In this document: one piece after another, positions 19,692 to 29,869 of the stretch
Position numbering within the stretch: the first letter of the stretch is position 1
How the letters are laid out: each line of letters starts with the position of its first letter
Source: Candidatus Kapaibacterium sp.
GTDB taxonomy: Bacteria > Bacteroidota > Ignavibacteria > Kapaibacteriales > Kapaibacteriaceae
Assembly: GCA_018882585.1 (NCBI GenBank)
Contig: VFFB01000003.1
Coordinates: 10,359 to 74,358 of the forward strand
Reading direction: 5' to 3'
Length of the DNA: 64,000 bases
Translations under genes and position numbers: made by a program
The notes under the pieces: model-generated
Told to the model about the DNA's origin: nothing
Databases searched by the model: none
Seen by the model: only the letters and a program-made list of their open reading frames with translations

Positions 19692-20801
19692 TCACACAAC
19701 CAGGTCCGCTGCCTGTTGCGCGATCGTGCTGCCGATGGCCACGCCCATGCCGTTGCAACCGAAGGCACGAACTACGTGGGGCGAGTAGCGGTCGACGTGC
19801 GGACGCTTGTCAGACGAAAAGCCCATCATGCCGGCCCAGCGATGTTCAATGCTGAAGGCCTTGCCGGGCAGGATGACGGTATCGAGCAGCTCGCACAGAC
19901 AGTCCTGAATGACGTCGGAACACGCCATCACAAAGGTTTGCTCGCCGGTAATGTCCAGGTTGCGAGCCCCGCCCAGCAGAACCCGTTCGCCAAGCGCACG
20001 GAAGTACACAAAGCCTTCGTCCATGTGATACGAACCACGAAGGGCAAGACCTTCAATGGCCGACGTCACCACGACCTGTCCACGGGCCGGCAGGTACTCG
20101 TCTCGAACCACTCCGTCGACCATGACGGGCCAGGCATTCGTAGCAACAACAACCTGTTCTGCCTTTACGGTGCGGCCACCTTCCGGCGTAACAACATGAA
20201 CCCGGTTGCCCTCGATGGCTTCGACACGGCAGCCCGTCCTGAACTGTGCACCCTTCGCAGCAGCCATGCCCCATAATGCAGCCATCATCTTCCCACTGTC
20301 GATGGTGCCCTCGACGGATGTGTACATCAGGGCATGTGTGTTCCCGAATCCGAAGCGGACGATGTCATCATCGCGCCGTGCAAAGACCGTTGTATTGAAA
20401 AGGGGGCGAAGCAGAACATTGAGGTCGTCCACTGCGTCGAGAGCCGGATGATGGGCCGTAAAAAGCTCGTGGGCACCATGCTCCTGCAGACCCATGGCTG
20501 CATCACCAAGGCGCTGTCGCAGCAGTGCCAGACCCCTTTGGCGCTGTTCGATGATGTCGATGGCGGCCGTTGTGCCAAGCAGTTGCACGTCGTGCAGGAT
20601 CTCGCTGGCCGACCCCACACAGGCAAAACCTGCATTGCGTGTGCTTGCCCCCGACGGAACGATGTCGCGCTCAAGGACCATGACGCGGGCATTCGGCCGG
20701 CGATCCAGAACGTCGATCGCCACGGAAGCGCCGATGATGCCGCCTCCGACGATCACGATGTCAACTTCAAGCCAGGACTGATCCCACCACGACGAATGCA
20801 T
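19692..20801 (-). CDS. FAD-dependent oxidoreductase (DAO family)
   Basis: VIVGGGIIG, GASTRNAGF, GCNGMGVA. Confidence 0.9.
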   Translation of the reverse strand: MHSSWWDQSWLEVDIVIVGGGIIGASVAIDVLDRRPNARVMVLERDIVPSGASTRNAGFACVGSASEILHDVQLLGTTAAIDIIEQRQRGLALLRQRLGDAAMGLQEHGAHELFTAHHPALDAVDDLNVLLRPLFNTTVFARRDDDIVRFGFGNTHALMYTSVEGTIDSGKMMAALWGMAAAKGAQFRTGCRVEAIEGNRVHVVTPEGGRTVKAEQVVVATNAWPVMVDGVVRDEYLPARGQVVVTSAIEGLALRGSYHMDEGFVYFRALGERVLLGGARNLDITGEQTFVMACSDVIQDCLCELLDTVILPGKAFSIEHRWAGMMGFSSDKRPHVDRYSPHVVRAFGCNGMGVAIGSTIAQQAADLVV

Positions 20802-20907
20802 GCATCACCTATGGGTACATTGTGTAGCCGTAACGCCGACCGAAGATACCACTGTAACCATACCGGTGCCGGGGGATTCTTCCGTCCGTACATTTGACAT
20901 CACAACC

Positions 20908-21459
20908 ATGTCCTACACCTTGTGCACCGATGAAGAGTTGTTCGCGATGGTTCGCGACAACAACGATGAACAGGCCTTCCGGGCCCTGTTCCGTCGGTAC
21001 GACAAACGTCTGTATGCCTACTGCCTGCGGGCGCTTGGCAGCCACGACGAAGCACAGGACATGTTCCAGACAATTGCGATGGCAGTGTACGATAAGCGGT
21101 CGGCATTCACCGACGGAAGTTTCGCGGCCTGGGTCTTCACGATCGCCCGAAACGGTTGCCTGAAGGTACTACGTCAGCGAAAGCAGACCGTGGAACTCAC
21201 CGACGAGACGTATGTGGCCGAACAGGACACATCAATGACGAAAGGTGATTTCCTGCTGAAAGACGCATTGCATCGCGCCATCTCCGAATTGCCGGACGAC
21301 TATCGCGAGGCACTTGAGTTGAAATACTTTGACGACCTGCCCTACGAAGAGATCGCTGCTACGCTGGGCATTACGCTGTCGCTGGCCAAGGTGCGCGTGT
21401 TCCGCGCAAAGAAACTCCTCCAAACCCGACTGTCTCCGATCCTGGGTGAACTACGATGA
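20908..21459 (+). CDS. ECF RNA polymerase sigma factor
   Basis: Region 2 (AQDMFQ, FAAWVFTIARN) and region 4 (LPYEEIA...KVRVFRAK); TACATTTG element upstream of the ATG at 20908. Confidence 0.93.
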   Translation: MSYTLCTDEELFAMVRDNNDEQAFRALFRRYDKRLYAYCLRALGSHDEAQDMFQTIAMAVYDKRSAFTDGSFAAWVFTIARNGCLKVLRQRKQTVELTDETYVAEQDTSMTKGDFLLKDALHRAISELPDDYREALELKYFDDLPYEEIAATLGITLSLAKVRVFRAKKLLQTRLSPILGELR

Positions 21460-22319
21460 CAAACGACGAATTGCTTGCAGGCTTCCTTGATCGCTCTTTG
21501 AGCGAGGACGATCTTCTCGAACTCGAAACGCGTCGGTCTGCTGACCCTGCGTTCAACAACGACGTTCGTCAGATGCTGACCGTCGAGGATGCGCTGAAGT
21601 CAGCCGTACCGGTCGTTGCCATTCCGGCCGATTTCCTGGCTCGGGTCGAAGACAAGATCGCTGCAAAGGTTGCTTCATCTGCCACGCCGGCTGCCACCGG
21701 TATGTCGACGTCCATCAAGGTCATGGGCGCAGCCCTTGCAACGGTGGCCACAGCCGTTGGCATCTTCCTTGCCACACAGCAGCGAAGCGAGACTACACCA
21801 GCAGCAGAACGTCCGACGATGTCCAGCCCGACCGCTCCGAGCGCCGCCGTCCCGGCTCCTTCTGCGCCGGCGCAGACCGAACAACCGAACCTACAGATGC
21901 AGCCCATCGCCGCAGCACCGTCGACCGAGGAACAGCCGTCAGCACCCGGATCTGCCAATGCGTATGCATCAGCATCGACGCCGATGATCGAGCGTCTTCT
22001 GCGGCAGTACGAGGGATGCAAGAACAGCAATGAGAGTATTCGCTGTGCACAGCTGGCACTGAATATTGCGGGACAGTATCGTAAACTGGGCGAGTACGCG
22101 TCGGCAACGGTCTACAGTACCGACGCGCTGACATTCGCGCGAACGCTGCGCGTTGTCCAGTACGAGGTTGAAGCACTTGGCATGCTTGGTCGCATCAACA
22201 TCGACCGCGGCAATCTGTCGGCCGCTCGCAACTATCTGCGGTCAGCGGTCGACGCCGGAACGGGTGTCGACGGCATCAACGTCGAACCTTATCGACAGCT
22301 GCTTGGCAGCATCGAGTAA
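21456..22319 (+). CDS. Putative anti-sigma factor (N-terminal ASD, one TM, Pro/Ala linker, TPR-like C-terminus)
   Basis: ATGA overlap with the sigma gene; ELLAGFLDRSLS N-terminus; a single hydrophobic segment. Confidence 0.75.
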   Translation: MTNDELLAGFLDRSLSEDDLLELETRRSADPAFNNDVRQMLTVEDALKSAVPVVAIPADFLARVEDKIAAKVASSATPAATGMSTSIKVMGAALATVATAVGIFLATQQRSETTPAAERPTMSSPTAPSAAVPAPSAPAQTEQPNLQMQPIAAAPSTEEQPSAPGSANAYASASTPMIERLLRQYEGCKNSNESIRCAQLALNIAGQYRKLGEYASATVYSTDALTFARTLRVVQYEVEALGMLGRINIDRGNLSAARNYLRSAVDAGTGVDGINVEPYRQLLGSIE

Positions 22320-22385
22320 ACATCGTGCTGCGTGATGGCGCAGCCGCTCCGAATACCGAAAAGCCCTACATGGTGTGTAGAGTAG

Positions 22386-22422
22386 CAACGGCGGTCTGTC
22401 TACCCTGGTGCAGCCGCCGTTG
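22386..22422. terminator. Hairpin between convergent genes
   Basis: CAACGGCGG...CCGCCGTTG inverted repeat. Confidence 0.55.
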
Positions 22423-22423
22423 T

Positions 22424-24364
22424 TCATTTATCGGCCGGCGTCACAAAGCGCTTCCATGGCCCCTGCCAAAGGACGCGCTCCTGCGGTGGTACTCCGCGTA
22501 GCCACCACGATTGCCCGTCGGAGTCCAGGCTGACCGTCGAAACGTAGACGGCTGTCGCCGGTACGGTTGGTTGACACAACCGAAACGATGCCGGCAATGC
22601 AGAAGACGTGATCCACTCATGCGAGGTCTGCATGCCTGCAGAAGCATCCATGGTTGCAGCTTCACGCAACAGCACCCGTGCAGGGTCGGTCACAACGCGG
22701 CCACCCTCGGCATCTGCCACCGTCATTCGAACGTCGAACGTCTGCTGTAACGCTTGCGCCGCTTCGACGCTTTCCCGCATCGACCATGTAAGTTGCTCGG
22801 GAACCGGCCCGCTACCTGTCCGCGCAAAGACTGTCTTCCCTTGCGAGGTCACCTCGACCGTCCATGCCACGATCGGTGCGTCTGCAACGACTTCCGGATA
22901 CATCCGCACCGTAGGGAGTGTTGCTTCGACAGTTGTATCTACACGCGTGATCGGGCCGATTACCTCGCACGATGGATCCACGATGACCATCTGCGACGTA
23001 TCGCCGCCAGTGCTCTGATCATGACGAATGCGCTTCGCATCCACGCCAAAGGTTGCACGCAGATACGCACGTACAGCGGCCACCCGTTCGTTGCCCAAGG
23101 CAGTATCACCCGACGTCTGCAGTGTGATCGATATCCGAGCTTTGCGGCGTAGGCGCCAGCCGATGGTGTTCAAAAGGTTGTGCTGCATGTGCGGGGCCGC
23201 GGTGTCGATAACATCACGGTCAGCGAAGGCGGCCGCCTGCGACGGCGTCAAGCGCACGTAACGATCGGGGATTCGAGATCCGGTGTCAAACACAACAACA
23301 GGTATCATCGGCACCGTACGCGCATGCTTCCGCCGCTTCGTCTCGATAACTGCGTCCGTGCGTTCGATACCGTCCGCATCGACGAACACCACGCGAATAG
23401 AGCCGTCAAGGATGGCAGGGGGCTTCGGAAGAACCTTTCGGTATCGCTCGGTGACGGTGATCGTGTTGAGCGTGTCGTTCACGACCACGGCGGAGCCCAC
23501 GATCCTGTCTATGAGTGACGGTGTCGGCTCGGCCATCCCCGGTTGAAGTACCGTGATTGTGTCACGCACATACAGCGTATCGGTACGGATCGTCGGCAAT
23601 GACGGCGGTGGCACTGTCTCCTGCGGACTGAACCGCAAGGCCAGGCCGACGTCGAACGACACGTCTCGCCACGCCACATCGCCATGTATCGACAGCGGCG
23701 TGACCGCCGCGCCAACATGTGGCACGAGCTGCCACGAGTTTCCGACGAGGGATATCGCGTAGTTCAGACGAAGCCGGACCAAGGGAACCATGAATCGTAG
23801 TCCGGGAACGTTGCCCGCTGAAGTTACCTGTTGCGTCGAGCCGTCGCTGAACAGCAGGCCTGCCGGATCAACAAACCGCTCTGTTTGCCGATGCGTTGCC
23901 GAGAGAATTGCCATCAGCGGTATACCGGCATCAAGCCATAAGGAATTTGTTGCCTTCCACCGAAGGAATGGCTCGAGGCCGACCAGCGTGACGTTGGCTG
24001 TCAGGCGATGCTCAATGGTAGCAGCATAGACAGAGTCGGCCACTGCGATTGGCACTCGCTCCAAGGCTTTCCATGCGGCAAATGTGCTGCCGGCCGTCAG
24101 GCGGATGCCGCCAAAGAATCCATTCGAAAGCTTCATATCGACTGCGGCGTAGCCGAATCCCCGCAGATATTGTTCGTCGGAGACGAACGACAGTGGACCC
24201 GGCGCAGGGATGCCTGGAATGGTTGACATCGTTCCCACGGCATCGCGCAGCGATACACCGCCCCCTACCTCATAGCTCAACGCTCCGCGCTGTGAGCGCA
24301 GCGGGACGGCAGCGATGGCAAGGATGCAGGTAAGGAGTCCGGCAAGGCGCAACGGCGTCATCAT
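22424..24364 (-). CDS. Outer-membrane beta-barrel protein with a degenerate OmpA-like region; paralogue of 33064-35298
   Basis: Signal peptide and beta-barrel-like N-half. Shares the motifs VVFD..S.IP.RY, LN.IG.R and R..AVR.YL...G.D with the 33064 protein but lacks its C-terminal OmpA domain. Confidence 0.65.
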   Translation of the reverse strand: MMTPLRLAGLLTCILAIAAVPLRSQRGALSYEVGGGVSLRDAVGTMSTIPGIPAPGPLSFVSDEQYLRGFGYAAVDMKLSNGFFGGIRLTAGSTFAAWKALERVPIAVADSVYAATIEHRLTANVTLVGLEPFLRWKATNSLWLDAGIPLMAILSATHRQTERFVDPAGLLFSDGSTQQVTSAGNVPGLRFMVPLVRLRLNYAISLVGNSWQLVPHVGAAVTPLSIHGDVAWRDVSFDVGLALRFSPQETVPPPSLPTIRTDTLYVRDTITVLQPGMAEPTPSLIDRIVGSAVVVNDTLNTITVTERYRKVLPKPPAILDGSIRVVFVDADGIERTDAVIETKRRKHARTVPMIPVVVFDTGSRIPDRYVRLTPSQAAAFADRDVIDTAAPHMQHNLLNTIGWRLRRKARISITLQTSGDTALGNERVAAVRAYLRATFGVDAKRIRHDQSTGGDTSQMVIVDPSCEVIGPITRVDTTVEATLPTVRMYPEVVADAPIVAWTVEVTSQGKTVFARTGSGPVPEQLTWSMRESVEAAQALQQTFDVRMTVADAEGGRVVTDPARVLLREAATMDASAGMQTSHEWITSSALPASFRLCQPTVPATAVYVSTVSLDSDGQSWWLRGVPPQERVLWQGPWKRFVTPADK

Positions 24365-24385
24365 TGCCGTAAAGATACCGCGGCA

Positions 24386-26194
24386 TTACCGCATGACGAC
24401 AAGGCGGACGACGCTGTTGAGGGTATCGCCGTCGACTCCGCGCACAGCAAGGCGGGCATAGTACGAACCCGGTGTGATCACAACGTCGGCACCCGAGGAA
24501 GCACCAAGCGTGAATGTCGTCGTACCAGCCTGCAGCGCAGCACTCAGGTCAGCAACGATACGGCCCATTGCATCGACGATGACAAGTCTGCCGACATTGG
24601 TCGGAACATTCACCACGCGCAGCGTGGCTTCGACGTCGATGGGATTCGGTTCAACAACGATATCAAGCGGCCCTTGCAGGGTGTTCACCCTGCGCTGACC
24701 GCCGGCATGCTGCCAGGCGTCGCCAAGAATGACCGTCGTCGCCGCACGCGTTGTCATCGAATCGGCAAGATCTTCGGCTGCACCGCTGGCAAGGCGATAC
24801 GCTGCTGCTGCGATGGCGACGTCGCTGCGGTCGTCGTCGCCCAGGACGGCAATAAAGGCAATCGCCATGATGGTGTCGCCGGTTGACACGGCATCACCGG
24901 CAGACCGTTCGACGTTGAACGTCGCAAGCTGCACATCATTGGCAGAGCTTCGGCCCGAGAACGTAGCCAACGGCGAAGATATCGGAACCAGGATGGACGG
25001 ATTGTACGAGACCGTGCATTGCATGGATGTGAGGGCTACCGAAACCGTGGTCGACGAGCTTTGAACATCAGCGACCACAGGCAGGCGAACGGTATCACCG
25101 ATCCGTACTGTTTGGGCGGCATCTGCAAACCCTGCGCGCAGCACAACCTTCGGATCAGGTGGGCGCGTTGCGCGGCCTTGGACCGTTATCAGGGTGGAGT
25201 CAATGGCACGACCTCGGTGCAGCCGTCGCAACGAGAATGTTCGCTGATAGGATCCGGTAACGAGCGGCGAGCAGGAAAACTGGGTCGTGATTCGTGTAGA
25301 CGTGGACGGTACCTTCGGTTGCGTGACCATGCCCTCGACCGGGCCGTTATCCAGGGCCACGAGGGCATACTCGTAGAGTGATCGTGGAGCGATGGGCAGA
25401 TCGATCTCTTCGGTTGCGACCGTCGTAGAGCCAGTCACAACATCATCGGCAGTCACGGTACGACTCTTCGGCATCTGACGACCAACGCCGACGAGCTTGC
25501 ATATCAGCGAATCCAGAATCACGCCGTCTTCTCGTTTTCGCAAAACGGTAACGGTTTCGGAACTCCGCCCTTCTGTCATTGGTCCGAACTCAAAGATCAG
25601 TCCGGCCGAGTCGTTATTGATGCGCCGTGGACCATTTCGCGTGAGTATATCAAACGGCGGCTTCGGTGCAGCGATCTGCCAGATGGTATTGGGCATTTCC
25701 ACGATCTCGCGCGGCATGAGCACTGCTCTTCGGACCGTATCGCCGGTAAGCACTTCGCCGAAGTTCACATCGGCGGTACGCGAAGCACTGACTCCTACGC
25801 CGTACAGACGCACTACGATGCGGTCGAACGGCGTGTATCGCACCATCACGATACTGTCGCGCCACTCGCCTGATCGCGTCGGAGCGAACGAAGCGAACAC
25901 GTCTACGCTGCGGCCATTGATCGGGATCGTATCACCGCGCTGACCCGGTTGGGGGTCAACATGAAAGGGAGGATCCGGATACTGAATGATCACAAACGCT
26001 TCACGGTAGTCGCCGCCCGGTCGCAACTGCACGTCTTCGCGACCATGCTCAACGCTGCCAAGCAGCGTTGGCCGAAAGGACATGCGAGCTTCATAGCGAT
26101 CTTGCGGCAACAGGTCACCGTCGGGTGCGGCAATGCCCCCTGAGACCTGCATCATGCAGATGATGATCGAAACCAGCAGAAAACGGATTGACAT
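24386..26194 (-). CDS. Secreted protein with Ig-like repeats, a cohesin-like domain and a T9SS CTD
   Basis: Repeated F-x-P...G...(D/E)-(S/T)...L-x-G-x-G units; VSYNPSILVP cohesin-like segment; C-terminus VEPNP...VDAMGR...PGSYY. Confidence 0.7.
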   Translation of the reverse strand: MSIRFLLVSIIICMMQVSGGIAAPDGDLLPQDRYEARMSFRPTLLGSVEHGREDVQLRPGGDYREAFVIIQYPDPPFHVDPQPGQRGDTIPINGRSVDVFASFAPTRSGEWRDSIVMVRYTPFDRIVVRLYGVGVSASRTADVNFGEVLTGDTVRRAVLMPREIVEMPNTIWQIAAPKPPFDILTRNGPRRINNDSAGLIFEFGPMTEGRSSETVTVLRKREDGVILDSLICKLVGVGRQMPKSRTVTADDVVTGSTTVATEEIDLPIAPRSLYEYALVALDNGPVEGMVTQPKVPSTSTRITTQFSCSPLVTGSYQRTFSLRRLHRGRAIDSTLITVQGRATRPPDPKVVLRAGFADAAQTVRIGDTVRLPVVADVQSSSTTVSVALTSMQCTVSYNPSILVPISSPLATFSGRSSANDVQLATFNVERSAGDAVSTGDTIMAIAFIAVLGDDDRSDVAIAAAAYRLASGAAEDLADSMTTRAATTVILGDAWQHAGGQRRVNTLQGPLDIVVEPNPIDVEATLRVVNVPTNVGRLVIVDAMGRIVADLSAALQAGTTTFTLGASSGADVVITPGSYYARLAVRGVDGDTLNSVVRLVVMR

Positions 26195-26248
26195 ACGAGT
26201 GCAAGAATCCGTTCAAGATGCAATTGTTACACGAGAAGGCAGAAACGA

Positions 26249-26275
26249 AACGGGGTCGCCGATGGCGACCCCGTT
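26249..26275 (-). terminator. Intrinsic terminator after the fibre gene
   Basis: 12-bp stem AACGGGGTCGCC/GGCGACCCCGTT with a T-rich tail on the minus strand. Confidence 0.75.
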
Positions 26276-26314
26276 GTTCATGTGCGAAGCGATGCGTTTT
26301 TGGTACTCTGGCGA

Positions 26315-28984
26315 TCAGTTGCCGATGTTGTACCACGTACCGGCACCATCGTAGAGCAGACGAACAGTGGACCCGGCGGCAAGATTGACGGTCGGCACGG
26401 CTTCGATCGTATCAGCTCCGCCGGCAGCAATGATCGAGACGCCAGTTGCCGCATTCCGAATCGTGTAAACTCTGCCCGCAGCCGGCGCCGGAGGCAAGTA
26501 GACATCGATGGCCGAATGTGCCGTCACGATCACCACATGGTCCTGCGTTCCCGGAAACAGCGGCGCCGACCCGATTAACGCATGCATATTCTGTGCACCG
26601 TGCACGGACAGTTCACCATTGATTGTAACTGCTCCGGTGAGTGATACCGGACCTGTGACGGATGCGCCCCCCGCGGCCACGCTCAAACCCTCGGATGCAA
26701 TGAGTGTTCCGTTGGTCGAAAGCGAGTGTCCGGTACCCACGTTGATGGCCACGTTTCCTGCACGGCTGAGCGTACCCGAGCCATTGTCATCAATGGAGCC
26801 ATCCACGATGGAGCTATGGGCATTGAAGCGCGTCAAACGATTCGTGGTGCCGACGGAAGGTGCCACGACCACGGTACCCGTTGCATCGGGCAGCGTCCAA
26901 ACGCGCGTAGAGGTTGTTGTTGCTGGGGGCTGAAGAAAACTGATGTACGGAGTTGTCACGTTGCCGTCATGGAACGCCTGCTCATACACCGTGGGAAGAT
27001 TGCCGCTGGGATCCAACACGACAACATTGTTGGGCGTATTGATATCGACATCTCCAGCGAAATAGTCAACACGTACGGCGTCAACGATACGACTTCCCGT
27101 TGTGGCCGACGTGCTGATCGTCGGATTCGGATACGTTCCGGCCAAGTCTCCGCCGGCGGTTCCTCCGGGTGTTACACCTGTGATCGTGGCGCTTGTAAGG
27201 TTGGTGATGCGGCCATCGACGTCGATCGTAACGACCGGTGTGGCTGTGCTCGATCCGATGGGTCCGATCGTGCTGGCATGCAGGTTGGCAAGTTCGGTTG
27301 TCCCAACGACACCGACATTGATCTGCAGGTTTTGTGCGGCAAGGCTGCCGGACGACGTGATGTCGGAGGCGCCAGACGTCACGGGATCGTTCACTCGGGC
27401 CGTATTGATGCGGGCAGCAGTGCCGCCGTTGTTCACGGCGTTGATGATGTTGTTGCCCGACGTCGGGTTGATGGTCGGATTGGGATATGTGCCGGCCAGG
27501 TCTCCACCGGCAGCGCCGACCGGAGGCGCGCCGGTGATGACCGTCGTTGACAGGTTCTGCACACGGCCGTCACCGTCGACCGTGATGACCGGAATCAACG
27601 TGCCTGAACCTTGAGGTCCGGTAGGCAGGCCGGCAATATCCGCGAGTTCGATGGGGCCAACGGCCCCTTGTTTGATCTGAAGGTTGGCTGAGTCAAGTCG
27701 GCCCGACATGCTGACGTCCGACAACTGAATATCTGCCAGTGGTTCGACCTTCATACCGTCGACCCAGAGCAGCGGATTCATGTTATCGTTGATTGCAGCA
27801 ATGATATTCGTACCGGCCACATTGCGATCGATCTGCGGAAACGGATAGATTCCCGTCAGGTCGCCGCTGGCGGGGCCGCCAGGCTGAATTCCTGTGAGCG
27901 TCACGTTGCGCGCCGAGATGATCCGGCCGCCCGTATCCACCGTCATCTGCACCACCTTGTTGTAATCGCCGTATGTGCCCGGCGTCACGCCGGTGGGTTG
28001 CAGTTTTAGTGAAGTCACAGCACCATCGGCAATTCGCGACGTCGTGATGCCGCCTGCCGGGATCTTGGCAGACGTTACGGCTCCGTCAGCGATCTTCCCT
28101 TCGACCACAGCACTGTTTGCCAGTTTGTCGGTGGTGATCGAGCCGGCCCGCACCAAGGGGGAAGGGTATGTACCCGTGAGGTCGCCGTTTGCATTGCCGT
28201 TCGGAGGCAACGACGTCGGGATGACGCCTGCGGCGATCTTGGCCGAAGTGATCACACCATCGGCGATCTTCGATCCAGTGACGGCACCGTCGGCGATCTT
28301 GATACCCGTGACACTGCCACTGGCAAGCTTGGACGATGTTATTCCGCCATCGGCAACGCGGATGATGGCATCCGGTCCGGCCGGATTCGAAATGGAGATC
28401 GAGCCATCGTTCGACGAGATCGTCTCGACGCCCGTCCCATCACCGTTCTGCACCGGTCCCGTGATACGGATGGTATCCTGGATACGGCTGACCGAGATTC
28501 CGTTCGTACCCTTGATGACCATGCTACCCTTGCCGCCATTGAGTGACCTGACAAGATCGTTGAATTCGGGATTGAGTGCGTCGGCAACGAGTGCCCGCTC
28601 CGCGACGATGGCATTGGGAACAACGGCCATGCGTGTTCTTGGCTGGAACGGAGTACTGCCCTCGATCGCAGTCTCGAGCCACAGCGGACGGTTGAAATCG
28701 ACCGCTGCCATTTCCGCGCCTTCAACTTGGCCGATCAGGATCGTGAACAGACCTTTCGTCACGGTCACGTCCTGCGTCTCCGTAAAGACAAGGGTGCCGA
28801 TCGTAGGACTATCGAATAGACGTATCACCATGCGATACTGACCGTCAGGCAGTGGCGTACCGTCGGCCTGCGTGATCAGGCCCTGGTACGATATCACGCG
28901 GTTCACGCTTTGTGCTGACAGTGACGCGATACCGCATACCAGCATGCAGGCTATGGCGCATATGGTGTGGACAACATGTTTCAT
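26315..28984 (-). CDS. Secreted phage-tail-fibre-like repeat protein (putative trimeric adhesin)
   Basis: Sec signal; N-domain ISYQG...ETQ...GLFTILIG; 10-aa GAVTxxKIAD repeats; 4x GDLxGxYPxP; 3x T(V/I)DxxGR(I/V); C-terminal LP.A..GRVYTIRN...DTI...YDG..W tip; no CTD. Confidence 0.75.
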   Translation of the reverse strand: MKHVVHTICAIACMLVCGIASLSAQSVNRVISYQGLITQADGTPLPDGQYRMVIRLFDSPTIGTLVFTETQDVTVTKGLFTILIGQVEGAEMAAVDFNRPLWLETAIEGSTPFQPRTRMAVVPNAIVAERALVADALNPEFNDLVRSLNGGKGSMVIKGTNGISVSRIQDTIRITGPVQNGDGTGVETISSNDGSISISNPAGPDAIIRVADGGITSSKLASGSVTGIKIADGAVTGSKIADGVITSAKIAAGVIPTSLPPNGNANGDLTGTYPSPLVRAGSITTDKLANSAVVEGKIADGAVTSAKIPAGGITTSRIADGAVTSLKLQPTGVTPGTYGDYNKVVQMTVDTGGRIISARNVTLTGIQPGGPASGDLTGIYPFPQIDRNVAGTNIIAAINDNMNPLLWVDGMKVEPLADIQLSDVSMSGRLDSANLQIKQGAVGPIELADIAGLPTGPQGSGTLIPVITVDGDGRVQNLSTTVITGAPPVGAAGGDLAGTYPNPTINPTSGNNIINAVNNGGTAARINTARVNDPVTSGASDITSSGSLAAQNLQINVGVVGTTELANLHASTIGPIGSSTATPVVTIDVDGRITNLTSATITGVTPGGTAGGDLAGTYPNPTISTSATTGSRIVDAVRVDYFAGDVDINTPNNVVVLDPSGNLPTVYEQAFHDGNVTTPYISFLQPPATTTSTRVWTLPDATGTVVVAPSVGTTNRLTRFNAHSSIVDGSIDDNGSGTLSRAGNVAINVGTGHSLSTNGTLIASEGLSVAAGGASVTGPVSLTGAVTINGELSVHGAQNMHALIGSAPLFPGTQDHVVIVTAHSAIDVYLPPAPAAGRVYTIRNAATGVSIIAAGGADTIEAVPTVNLAAGSTVRLLYDGAGTWYNIGN

Positions 28985-29117
28985 GTGGAAAGACCCCTCA
29001 AGAATGGATTGTAGCATGGTTGTGAGCTCCGACGGCACGTGACAGCCGTCAAGGCGAGTACTGTGGAATCAGGCGCGAGCCCAGCATGACCAGCGGACGT
29101 TACGGTTGGCCGGCGTT

Positions 29118-29693
29118 TCACCTCACAATGTCCATCCGGTTCACAAGTCGCATTCGCTCGCCACTTGCCGACCTTGCGACTACCTCGTAGAAGTACGTTC
29201 CCGATGCCAGCAGAACGCCGGTGTCCGTTGTTCCATCAAACGTGATCATCGCTTGCTCTCCCGTCTGTACGGTCGACGTCAGTGTTCGGACGAGGCCCCC
29301 TACCATATCCCTGATTCGGATGGTAACGGGTCCAGCGACTGGTGCGTCGATCCTGATGGCCGTTGCTGTCGAGAATGGGTTGGGGAAGTTCACGGTGGAC
29401 GATGGTTCGGTACCGGCAGACTCGGGGCGGACGCTTGTCGGGACCTCGATGGGCAGCCAGAATCCTTGGTGCAGCTGCTCTGAAGCCTGGATGCGAACGG
29501 GTCCGGCAATAACCTGACCAATCGTTGTTGACAGATAAGCAGTACCTGCCTGCGCTGCCTGTGTACCTCCGGCTGCAACCACTTGTCGAGATACAGCCTC
29601 TTGCCCGTACAAGGGCACTGCCATCACTGACAGTGCCCCGACGAACCACCGCAGCCACCCCCTTGGCTTTGGTGAATGTTGATTCTTGTTCAT
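29118..29693 (-). CDS. Small secreted protein with a FlgD-Ig/T9SS type A CTD
   Basis: Signal peptide (YG-Q); short domain VVAAGG...STTIGQ...QGFW; CTD NFPNPF...FDGTTDTG...ASGTYFY. Confidence 0.8.
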   Translation of the reverse strand: MNKNQHSPKPRGWLRWFVGALSVMAVPLYGQEAVSRQVVAAGGTQAAQAGTAYLSTTIGQVIAGPVRIQASEQLHQGFWLPIEVPTSVRPESAGTEPSSTVNFPNPFSTATAIRIDAPVAGPVTIRIRDMVGGLVRTLTSTVQTGEQAMITFDGTTDTGVLLASGTYFYEVVARSASGERMRLVNRMDIVR

Positions 29694-29869
29694 GATACGT
29701 GCCATCTGTTGGATGAAACCGGAACCCCTCCGGGGCCACAAAGATGAGGTAGGGAGGAGCCCGCCGAAGTACGTTAGAACTCGTAATTCACGACGTCTGC
29801 ATTGCAATGCCAAGGCCCGACAGCGTTCATGTATTGCCTATTTTTGAGCCGCTTGCATGGGAGCTTAGC

